Source: Promethearchaeota archaeon
GTDB lineage: Archaea; Asgardarchaeota; Lokiarchaeia; Sigyniarchaeales; SOKP01
Length of the DNA: 64,000 nucleotides
Reading direction: 5' to 3'
Assembly: GCA_016839765.1 (NCBI GenBank)
Contig: JAEOTP010000043.1
Coordinates: 96,001 to 160,000, forward strand
A program made the translations under genes and the position numbers. Numbering within the stretch: position 1 is the stretch's first letter; every line of letters starts with the position of its first letter. Shown here piece after piece: positions 29,945 to 37,455 of this stretch. The notes under the pieces were generated by a model that saw nothing but the letters and a program-made list of their open reading frames with translations, made no database searches and had not been told where the DNA came from.

Positions 29945-30373
29945 ATGGAGTTTGATGAAGAATTTGATGAAGAGTTTGATGATGAATTTGATGAAGAACT
30001 TGATGAAGAACTTGATGAAGAATTAGAAGAACCTTCTGCAAAAACTCCAGCGGAAGAGGTTAAAGCTAAAACTCCAGCGGAAGAGGTTAAAGCTAAAACT
30101 CCAGCAGTTAAAGCTTTTTCGGCAGGAAAAAAGATTTCAGTTTATTTTATGTCGACAATAGGTCCTGGTGAAAAAAAGCAAAAATTACTCATAAACACAG
30201 GAAACAGCGTTGGGGATATAAAAGAGACTGTTGCGAATTTATTTGGTTTAGATCCTGCTGATTTTCATTTATCTTCAGGTGGAATTACCATGGATGAGAG
30301 TTCAAATGTAAGTGAATATAACGTGAATGATGGAGAAGATATACTATTAATTCCAGCAAGTACTGCTGGTTAA
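29945..30373 (+). CDS. Ubiquitin-like modifier 1 with an acidic, repetitive N-terminal tail; ends -STAG
   Basis: Beta-grasp pattern SVGDIKETVANLFGLDPADFHLSSGG..VSEYNVNDGEDILLI; terminal Gly; E1/E2/JAMM/RING genes nearby. Confidence 0.88.
   Translation: MEFDEEFDEEFDDEFDEELDEELDEELEEPSAKTPAEEVKAKTPAEEVKAKTPAVKAFSAGKKISVYFMSTIGPGEKKQKLLINTGNSVGDIKETVANLFGLDPADFHLSSGGITMDESSNVSEYNVNDGEDILLIPASTAG
29948..30028 (+). repeat. Degenerate 12-bp coding tandem repeat encoding (F/L)DEE
   Basis: TTTGATGAAGAA / CTTGATGAAGAA units, about six copies. Confidence 0.85.
30041..30105 (+). repeat. 27-bp coding tandem repeat encoding KTPAEEVKA (two exact copies plus a partial one)
   Basis: AAAACTCCAGCGGAAGAGGTTAAAGCT at 30041 and 30068; partial copy at 30095. 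Confidence 0.92.
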
Positions 30374-30390
30374 AAAAAATCATTATCCTA

Positions 30391-31200
30391 TTAGTTTTTC
30401 TTTTTTAAATTTTTTTCTTTTCTTGATGGAATCAGAGCAATTTCGTCATCATCATCAATAGCATAATCTTTTATTTGTGAGTTTTCATGCAATAATATTC
30501 CTCCAGAGGATAAAAGAAAATCTTCTAAATTATAGTCAAATAATGTTCCAATTCTTTCTTTAACACTAAATATTAATTCTGTTGTATCAATTATAATGAT
30601 TTTTGTTTTTTCACCTGGCTCAACTAATGATCTTATATAAACTCGTATCTGGTCTTCCTTTTCAATAAAATTTGTAGGAGGTGTATAAATTATCCCCTCG
30701 TCAGTCTTATCCCTGTTTTTCAACATATTTTCGATTAATATTTTTCTCTCGTGTTTATCAAAATACAACATTTCTCTGATAAACATTATTTTATCCATTT
30801 TTGATAATTCTAAAAGATTTATTTTTTCTAATTCTTCCCCACTAAACACAGAAAAAATATATTTATTAATTATTTCCATATTATCATATGATTCATTTGA
30901 TTCAACATAATCTTCTATTGAAGGCATGACATCAATATAATCCTCAATAAGATCAATAGGTTTTTTTTTAATCGATTTTTGTTTTTTGACATATTTTTTC
31001 TCGCTTTTCCTCTCATCCTCACTACTCGCAGATTGAATAATTGTATAGATAGTACTGGTGGATAGTACTGAGACACTACCGATAACTAGAAAGAGAAATA
31101 AAGGAATACTTTCTATATGGAATAAGAAAAAAGCCATATAGATAATTACAAAAATAATATAAAGGGTTATAATACTTAAAACTCTATTTTTTTTCTTCAT
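30391..31200 (-). CDS. Membrane-anchored protein (2 TM) with a C-terminal UBL domain lacking the terminal Gly
   Basis: VYIRSLVEPGEK..VKERIGTLF..DFLLSSGG..IKDYAIDDDDEIALIP aligns to both modifiers; ends SRKEKNLKKKN. Confidence 0.82.
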   Translation of the reverse strand: MKKKNRVLSIITLYIIFVIIYMAFFLFHIESIPLFLFLVIGSVSVLSTSTIYTIIQSASSEDERKSEKKYVKKQKSIKKKPIDLIEDYIDVMPSIEDYVESNESYDNMEIINKYIFSVFSGEELEKINLLELSKMDKIMFIREMLYFDKHERKILIENMLKNRDKTDEGIIYTPPTNFIEKEDQIRVYIRSLVEPGEKTKIIIIDTTELIFSVKERIGTLFDYNLEDFLLSSGGILLHENSQIKDYAIDDDDEIALIPSRKEKNLKKKN

Positions 31201-31255
31201 GATTTTTTATTAAATTATTATCTAAATTTCTAATATATAATTTAAAATTTAAATT

Positions 31256-31280
31256 CCATTGGAATGAATTTGAAGTTTTT
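31256..31280 (-). promoter_or_regulatory. 25-bp motif, copy A, upstream of the membrane-UBL gene
   Basis: Minus strand reads AAAAACTTCAAATTCATTCCAATGG, identical to plus strand 32121-32145. Confidence 0.7.
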
Positions 31281-31284
31281 ATTT

Positions 31285-31956
31285 TCATACACCTTGCATT
31301 TTTTTTCTAACTTTAGAATATTTATCTGTATCTAATTGGAATGTAATTCTTTTTTTTTCTTTTTCAATTTTTATTAATTTCAGTTTTTTTAAAACATATA
31401 AATATTTTTTAATTATATTATGATTCTTTTTTAAGTTAGTTGCTATTTCTGTAATTTTTAATGCTTTATCTTCCTTTTTCATAAAATTAATTATTTCTTG
31501 AACAATAGCCAAATTTAAATAATAATAGAGCTCGTCAAGTTCTGGATTTGAATCGTATTTATAAATAATTCTTCGATTGTTAATTTTTTTTGATCTAACA
31601 AATCGAAATTTTTCCAAACAAGATAGATGCCATAAAGCTTGATTACTTCCGATATTTAGAGCATTCATTATTTCATTAATATTTGACGGATTTTTCTTTA
31701 TGTAATTAAAGATTTCATTCCTTACTGGATGTTCAATAATATTATTTTTCATCAATTTTGTTCCAGGAATGATCATTCTCTTTTTAATAAGATTTTTAAT
31801 GGTAATTTCAATCCTAGCTTTATTGATAAAGGGATTTGATTTTACCCTATTACTAATAAATACAACAATGTTTTGTATTGAAAAGAATGGTTTTTTTTCT
31901 AAATATTCTTTTACTAATTCAAGAATAATAGATTCGACATTATTCATAGAGTTCAT
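31285..31956 (-). CDS. Tandem winged-helix (ArsR-like) transcriptional regulator
   Basis: HPVRNEIFNYIKKNP..EIMNALNIG..WHLSCLE and a second HTH, ITEIATNLKKNHNIIKKYL. Confidence 0.85.
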   Translation of the reverse strand: MNSMNNVESIILELVKEYLEKKPFFSIQNIVVFISNRVKSNPFINKARIEITIKNLIKKRMIIPGTKLMKNNIIEHPVRNEIFNYIKKNPSNINEIMNALNIGSNQALWHLSCLEKFRFVRSKKINNRRIIYKYDSNPELDELYYYLNLAIVQEIINFMKKEDKALKITEIATNLKKNHNIIKKYLYVLKKLKLIKIEKEKKRITFQLDTDKYSKVRKKMQGV

Positions 31957-32120
31957 AACCCTATACTTTTATAATGTTAAAATATTTGGATTTTGTAAAT
32001 ATATATTCTTTCTGCAACATTATTTTACACCTTATATAATTATTAGGCATTCATTCAATTTATAATATCATTTCTTAGGCATCCAAATAAGTTTCTTTTT
32101 ATTTTAAGTTAAAAAACTAA

Positions 32121-32145
32121 AAAAACTTCAAATTCATTCCAATGG
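32121..32145 (+). promoter_or_regulatory. 25-bp motif, copy B, upstream of the Ubl2-E1-E2-JAMM-E3 genes
   Basis: AAAAACTTCAAATTCATTCCAATGG, followed almost immediately by TATA-like TTTTATAA. Confidence 0.7.
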
Positions 32146-32225
32146 GTTTTATAATATCGTTTTAATGCGATTTTATTAAACTTAAAAAATAAAAAATTAC
32201 AAAATAAAAAAAAGTCGTGAAATAA

Positions 32226-32552
32226 ATGAGTTTTGAAGAAGATTTTGATGAGGAATTAGAACCTGTTAAATCTAAAACACCATCTACCAAAATTCCTTCA
32301 GCAGGAAAGAAATTGACTTTATACTTTACGTCAACCATTGGACCTGGTGAAAAGAAGGAAAAATTAACGGTAAATGATGCTAATCATGTAAGTGATATTA
32401 AGGAAACATTAGGAAATTTATATGGCCTTGATCCTAATGATTTTCACTTATCATCTGGTGGAGTTACTATGGATGAAAATAGTCAATTAAAAGATTATAA
32501 TTTAAATGATGGCGACGATATTCTTTTGATTCCTGCGAGTACTGCTGGGTAA
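32226..32552 (+). CDS. Ubiquitin-like modifier 2 with a short acidic tail; ends -STAG
   Basis: Close paralogue of 29945-30373: VSDIKETLGNLYGLDPNDFHLSSGG..LKDYNLNDGDDILLIPASTAG. Confidence 0.9.
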   Translation: MSFEEDFDEELEPVKSKTPSTKIPSAGKKLTLYFTSTIGPGEKKEKLTVNDANHVSDIKETLGNLYGLDPNDFHLSSGGVTMDENSQLKDYNLNDGDDILLIPASTAG

Positions 32553-32631
32553 ACTTATATAATTTTCTACATAAAGTATAATATGAAGGCATTAAGTCCT
32601 TCATTTTTTTTTATTTTTATTATTATTATTA

Positions 32632-33867
32632 ATGGTGATAATATTGGATAAAGATTCAGATTTTTTTGCAAAAGCATTGTCAGTAAAAGAGAGAGATTTG
32701 TATGATCGCCAGTTTCGTCTCGAGGGCTGGTCCCAAAAATTAGTAAAAAACTCGAGAGTGTTAATTGTTGGTGTAGGAGGTTTAGGATGTGAAATTGCTA
32801 AAAATTTAGCCATGTTAGGGTTAGGCCAATTAGATCTTGTTGATTTAGATATCATTGAACATTCTAATTTGAATCGTCAAATTCTTTTCACAGATGCGAA
32901 GATAGGAGAACCTAAGGCAGTTGTTGCTGCTCGAAAACTAAAGGAAATTAACCCTAATATTATTGTTAAGGGATATCATACATCTCTAGAAAGATTAAAT
33001 CCTGCATTATATCAAGCTGCTGAAGTTGTAATTGGGGGCCTTGATTCAATGAATGCGCGCTTGAACTTAAATGCTCAATGCATAAGATTTAGAAAACCAC
33101 TCGTAGATGCAGGAGTATCAGGTTATCATGGTCATATTTACACTATCTTTCCGTATCAAAATGCTTGTTATGAGTGCAATCCATTACCAGTAAGTGAAAG
33201 TGATGAAATGGCAGCTTGTACAGTTGTTGGAGTCCCCAGAAAAAGGATTCATTGTGTTTTTAAAGGAGATATGGCATTTAAAGAAAAGTTTGATAGAGAT
33301 CCAAATCCAAAAGATATAAATGATATTAAATTTATTCAAAAAGTTGCAAATGAATTGGTCAATAAACATAATTTCTTACCTGAATACACTAAAGATGATA
33401 TCATAAAAATCATTGATAGGCATGATCCTGGAATAATTACCATAAATGCAGTTATTTCTGCTTTACAATCACATGAGGTAGTAAAAATTCTTCATTGGAA
33501 AAAAGGTCATAAAGGATTAGGAGAACCTATTAAAAATTATGTGATTTTTAATGCCATGACGATGAAATTATACCATATTGAAAAAACGAGAAATCCAGAA
33601 TGTTCTCAATGTGGTAAATCTGTTAGAAGAGTAGCTATAAAAATGAGGTCTCAATCGCCATGTATAAATATAATTAAGATATTAAAGAAAAACGGATTTG
33701 AATTGGAGCCTGATTTTGAACCTGTGCTAACCTTATTGGATTTCAATGATATTAAAGTAATTGATTTAGAACAGAATACTATTGAAAACGGTTTAAGAAA
33801 TTACGAATTTATTACAGTTGCAGGGTTTAAGGGTGGAGAAATTTATGTAACCTTAAAATTAAAATGA
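32632..33867 (+). CDS. Ubiquitin-like activating enzyme E1 (Uba2/Uba3-like)
   Basis: LYDRQ, GVGGLGCE, DLDIIEHSNLNRQ, CYEC...CSQC Zn site, catalytic ACTVVGVPRKRIHC, C-terminal extension. Confidence 0.93.
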   Translation: MVIILDKDSDFFAKALSVKERDLYDRQFRLEGWSQKLVKNSRVLIVGVGGLGCEIAKNLAMLGLGQLDLVDLDIIEHSNLNRQILFTDAKIGEPKAVVAARKLKEINPNIIVKGYHTSLERLNPALYQAAEVVIGGLDSMNARLNLNAQCIRFRKPLVDAGVSGYHGHIYTIFPYQNACYECNPLPVSESDEMAACTVVGVPRKRIHCVFKGDMAFKEKFDRDPNPKDINDIKFIQKVANELVNKHNFLPEYTKDDIIKIIDRHDPGIITINAVISALQSHEVVKILHWKKGHKGLGEPIKNYVIFNAMTMKLYHIEKTRNPECSQCGKSVRRVAIKMRSQSPCINIIKILKKNGFELEPDFEPVLTLLDFNDIKVIDLEQNTIENGLRNYEFITVAGFKGGEIYVTLKLK

Positions 33868-33973
33868 AATTGTAGTCAAAAAATATATTTTATAAAAGTT
33901 TAATGAAAAAAAACATATATAAAAGAGAAAATTTTTATTATAAAAGCAGAGTAAAACAAAAAGGGTTGAGAAA

Positions 33974-34501
33974 ATGAGTATAAGAAGTAGTCGCGTTTCC
34001 CGCGATTTTGCTGGATTAAAAAAAATGCTTAAAGTTGGTACTATAGTTCAACTAAAACCATTTAATTCTAAAAAAAAGAGCATTGATCATTTAGCTATCA
34101 CAATTAAAGGCCCTAAAGGTACTGTCTTTGCTGGGGGACTTTTTAAACTAGAAATGAGATTCCCTGCTCAGTATCCTAAGCAGCCTCCTTTTGTAAGAAT
34201 GCATACTCCAATTTGGCATCCAAATTTTTGGCCAAAACCAAGTGAATACAAAGGAAAGAGAAATATTTGTCTAGCATTAATAGACCCTTCCTTAATTGGG
34301 AAAAAGGGTGGATGGAGTCCTTCAAAAACCGCTGTTACAGTAGTTCAAGCAATAATTGCTATGTTAAATACCCGGGGTAAATATGTAAACCCAACAGATG
34401 TTTTTAATAAAAAAGCAGCAATAGAAATGATGAAAAATCCTAAATTTTTCGAGAAAAAAGTTAAAAATTTAGTGAAGAAGTACGCTAAGAACAAGTGGTG
34501 A
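33974..34501 (+). CDS. Ubiquitin-conjugating enzyme E2 (UBC fold)
   Basis: GPKGTVFAGGLF..FPAQYPKQPP..IWHPN..ICL..WSPS. Confidence 0.95.
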   Translation: MSIRSSRVSRDFAGLKKMLKVGTIVQLKPFNSKKKSIDHLAITIKGPKGTVFAGGLFKLEMRFPAQYPKQPPFVRMHTPIWHPNFWPKPSEYKGKRNICLALIDPSLIGKKGGWSPSKTAVTVVQAIIAMLNTRGKYVNPTDVFNKKAAIEMMKNPKFFEKKVKNLVKKYAKNKW

Positions 34502-34508
34502 AATCATA

Positions 34509-35315
34509 ATGAATATTGATGAGAAGAAAAACAATTTAATCAAAGAAGCAATAAAGCAAAAAATTAAAGAGAAAATTAAAAAAGAATTACTTGAAGAGAT
34601 ATATACCGAATTACAATTAGAAGAAGAATTAAGGGAAGAAATAACTTCTGAACTTATTGAAACCCAGCCATTAGAGCATTCAGAAACAGTTAAAGCCAAA
34701 CTTGAACCCATACCAATGGAACCGGTAAAAACATATGCTAAGAATGATAAAGCTGAAGCAAAAGTAGCTCTAACAGTAAAAGCTGTCCTTAAGATCGCTA
34801 GTCATTCATTAAAATATGCTCATTCTAAAATTCGAAGAGAGGAATGGGTTGAAGTGATAGGATTACTCGCTGGAAAATTTGACAATACTAAAGGAGTCCT
34901 TCATGTGGAAGATGCCTATCCAATGGGACATGGTACAGCAGTTTATGCTGAAATTAAAGATTATAAAAATTATGTTAGAGCTTTTAAAGACATAAAAAAG
35001 AACAGCCTTTTTATTTGTGGATGGTATCATTCCCATCCTTCTTATGGATGTTTTATGTCTAAAGAAGATTTAGGAACTCAAGCAAGATACCAAAAATTAT
35101 GGGATAAAGCAATTGCGCTAGTTATAGATCCATACCAAATTGATGGCACTTCATTGGGTTTTGAAATCTATCGTGCGAATTTTAAAACAAATAAGTGGTT
35201 TTCAGTACCATTTGATATTAAAGGATATTTAGATGTGAGAATGTTGCCGGAAATTTTGGAATTTATGAATCCAATCATTGAAGGTAAACCTGTTTATTTA
35301 GAATATGATGAATGA
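34509..35315 (+). CDS. JAMM/MPN+ isopeptidase (Rpn11/CSN5-like) with an N-terminal coiled region
   Basis: EVIGLLAG...GWYHSHPSYGCFMSKED..TQ..ALVIDP. Confidence 0.93.
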   Translation: MNIDEKKNNLIKEAIKQKIKEKIKKELLEEIYTELQLEEELREEITSELIETQPLEHSETVKAKLEPIPMEPVKTYAKNDKAEAKVALTVKAVLKIASHSLKYAHSKIRREEWVEVIGLLAGKFDNTKGVLHVEDAYPMGHGTAVYAEIKDYKNYVRAFKDIKKNSLFICGWYHSHPSYGCFMSKEDLGTQARYQKLWDKAIALVIDPYQIDGTSLGFEIYRANFKTNKWFSVPFDIKGYLDVRMLPEILEFMNPIIEGKPVYLEYDE

Positions 35316-35338
35316 TATTTTTTGGTGAAAATTAAACA

Positions 35339-36490
35339 ATGGTTAAAAAGAAGGGTTTAGCAATAATATTTATTGTTTTTCTAATAATTGGTATAATACA
35401 TAGTTCTATCTCAATTTCCTTAAATATTTTTTTAACTTGGATATTTATTGGTTTATGGATAATTTTTACGATTAAGATTTTTGAAAATATAAAGCAGCAT
35501 CGCGAATTCAATTCACCACATAATACTGCTTTTTTTGTAATCATCCCTTTATTCATCGGAATTTTTTACTCCATTTGGGGGTATTTTACAGGTATATTGG
35601 GTGAAAACCTTCTTGAAGGCTCAAATATATATTTTAGTTGGTGGAGTCTCATTTTTGGATTTCCATTTATAATATATGGTTCTTATTCTTTATATCGTTG
35701 TTTTAAGAAATATAATGTAATCTATTTTGGAACCAAGTCAGTAAAAGCTAGGACATTAGGATATATTTTAACTTCCACAGTTATTCTTTTTATAATAATT
35801 TATTGGGTAATGTTTTATAGTGTTATAGAATTTTATGATTCTCTATTAACCCCTCTTCATTTTTCTTTAAATCTAAATCTTCTATTATTATTCATTGCAT
35901 CATTATTGATCTTTATTATTTTTGGATTAGCTAGTTCACATAGAACACTTCCAACATTAACTCGGGATTACATTGCTCAACGTACTAGAAGAATAAATTC
36001 ATTAAGTACTCCTACAATTCAAAGGCAAAGGGTACGTACAACAACTAGAACTACTCCATCACCTTCAAGAAGAACTGTGACTCAAACAACGAGGTCTAGA
36101 TCTCATTCATCGAGAACAACACCTACTTCCCAAAGGCAAAAAACTAGAACAACAAAAACTACTAGAACTAGAGCCGTAAAAACAACTTCAAAAGCTATAA
36201 ATTTAGATAAATATAAACCAAGAGCATCATATCTGTCAGAAGATGATTTTAAATGTATTTTTTGTTTTAAGCTGCCAAAACTACCCGATGATAATGGCAG
36301 AGGGATAATTGTATGTCCAAATTGTAGATATCCGGCTCATGCTGATGAATTTAAAGATTGGCTAAGAACCTCAAATCTCTGTTCAAGATGTAGTACTCCC
36401 ATTCCATCCAGATTTAAACATAATCCTAGAATAATTAGTATAAAAAATTATCAAATAGTCTATAGGCATTTTTTAAAGAAGAAAAGATAA
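35339..36490 (+). CDS. Multi-pass membrane protein with a C-terminal RING-variant domain (putative E3 ligase)
   Basis: About 6 TM helices, an R/T/S-rich linker, then C-x2-C-x16-C-x2-C-x4-H-x2-E-x10-C-x2-C with the RING Trp (KDWL). Confidence 0.85.
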   Translation: MVKKKGLAIIFIVFLIIGIIHSSISISLNIFLTWIFIGLWIIFTIKIFENIKQHREFNSPHNTAFFVIIPLFIGIFYSIWGYFTGILGENLLEGSNIYFSWWSLIFGFPFIIYGSYSLYRCFKKYNVIYFGTKSVKARTLGYILTSTVILFIIIYWVMFYSVIEFYDSLLTPLHFSLNLNLLLLFIASLLIFIIFGLASSHRTLPTLTRDYIAQRTRRINSLSTPTIQRQRVRTTTRTTPSPSRRTVTQTTRSRSHSSRTTPTSQRQKTRTTKTTRTRAVKTTSKAINLDKYKPRASYLSEDDFKCIFCFKLPKLPDDNGRGIIVCPNCRYPAHADEFKDWLRTSNLCSRCSTPIPSRFKHNPRIISIKNYQIVYRHFLKKKR

Positions 36491-36495
36491 TTAAG

Positions 36496-37455
36496 CTAAT
36501 TTTTTAATTTGATATTGTTTCTTAAATCTCCGATAGTAGTCACTAACTCTGCATAAACATTGTGCGGATGAATTGATTCAAAACTCTCAATTTTAAAGAT
36601 AACTTTAAAATCATCCTCTAAATTTGGAAAATTTCTTATAATAAAATTCTTAGCCATTTCTCTAATTACATCTTCGGCAAATAATGGTTTTAAATGAGCA
36701 CTTCTGACTAGTTTAGCTTCCTCTGGTCTTTTTAATACAGATTGCATTTTTCCGCTCATTGAATCTTCAATAATTTCAATAATATCTAACACATCAATCT
36801 TATGATTATTTAAATCCTTTATTTGCACTATTATAGTTCCATTTGATCTTTGATTATGTGAGCTAAAGGGTAAAATGTTGAGAAGTTTTTGTACTGTATC
36901 ATCAGGAATATTTATATCACTTCTATTTTTAATAATTTCTTCAGCATATTCTTGACTCATTTCCTTTGCACACGGACAAACTGTCATTCCAACGGCGCTT
37001 GCTCCAATAAAGTAATTAAAGTCAATTTTTTTCTGTTGGTTCTTCCAAGCTTTCACAAATGAACTTATATTATACGCTTTTTGTATTGTTCGTTGCTTAT
37101 CATCTTTTGCTTGGACTATAATTTTGCCCTCTAGTTTAACTTCAACTTTTTCAGTATATGAATGTTTTTGTAATAATTTTCGAGCAATCCTATCTCCTAC
37201 TACTTCTACAGAGGGAGTTGGCTTGAATATTACTTCATTTATGATTTCCTCAATAGTTTCAGATGTTCGAGACATATGGATTCCTCTTTTGTGTCTAGGT
37301 AATGAAATTAATGCGGAAATTATAGGATAAAAAGAATATTTTTTATTTTCTTGAATGATATCTACTTTTTTTTCTACTCCTACAATTCCTACTTTATCTA
37401 TAGGAATGTCTACTGTCGAAATTGAGTCTTGTAAATCCTTTTTAAACAGATTGAT
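36496..37455 (-). CDS. mptA: GTP cyclohydrolase MptA (FolE2 family)
   Basis: RGIHMSR, GMTVCPCA, SHNQR, LKRPEE, FAEDVIR, ESIHPHN; conserved N-terminus DLQD..IDKVGIVGV lies upstream of the track ATG at 37275. Confidence 0.92.
   Translation of the reverse strand: MNLFKKDLQDSISTVDIPIDKVGIVGVEKKVDIIQENKKYSFYPIISALISLPRHKRGIHMSRTSETIEEIINEVIFKPTPSVEVVGDRIARKLLQKHSYTEKVEVKLEGKIIVQAKDDKQRTIQKAYNISSFVKAWKNQQKKIDFNYFIGASAVGMTVCPCAKEMSQEYAEEIIKNRSDINIPDDTVQKLLNILPFSSHNQRSNGTIIVQIKDLNNHKIDVLDIIEIIEDSMSGKMQSVLKRPEEAKLVRSAHLKPLFAEDVIREMAKNFIIRNFPNLEDDFKVIFKIESFESIHPHNVYAELVTTIGDLRNNIKLKN

Noticed and set aside
29948-30105. Tandem repeats as a possible CRISPR array
   Set aside because: Unit lengths are multiples of three, in frame within the Ubl1 gene, with no unique spacers and no cas genes
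32043-32082. TTAGGCAT repeated twice upstream of the wHTH gene
   Set aside because: Only 8 bp; possibly regulatory but too short to support on its own
31256-32145. 25-bp inverted repeat as IS terminal repeats
   Set aside because: The enclosed gene is a wHTH regulator, not a transposase, and no target-site duplication was seen; retained as a regulatory motif
32226-33867. Interpreting Ubl plus E1 as a MoaD/ThiS/SAMP sulfur-carrier system
   Set aside because: The adjacent UBC E2, RING and JAMM genes and the Uba2/3-like catalytic Cys insert point to protein conjugation
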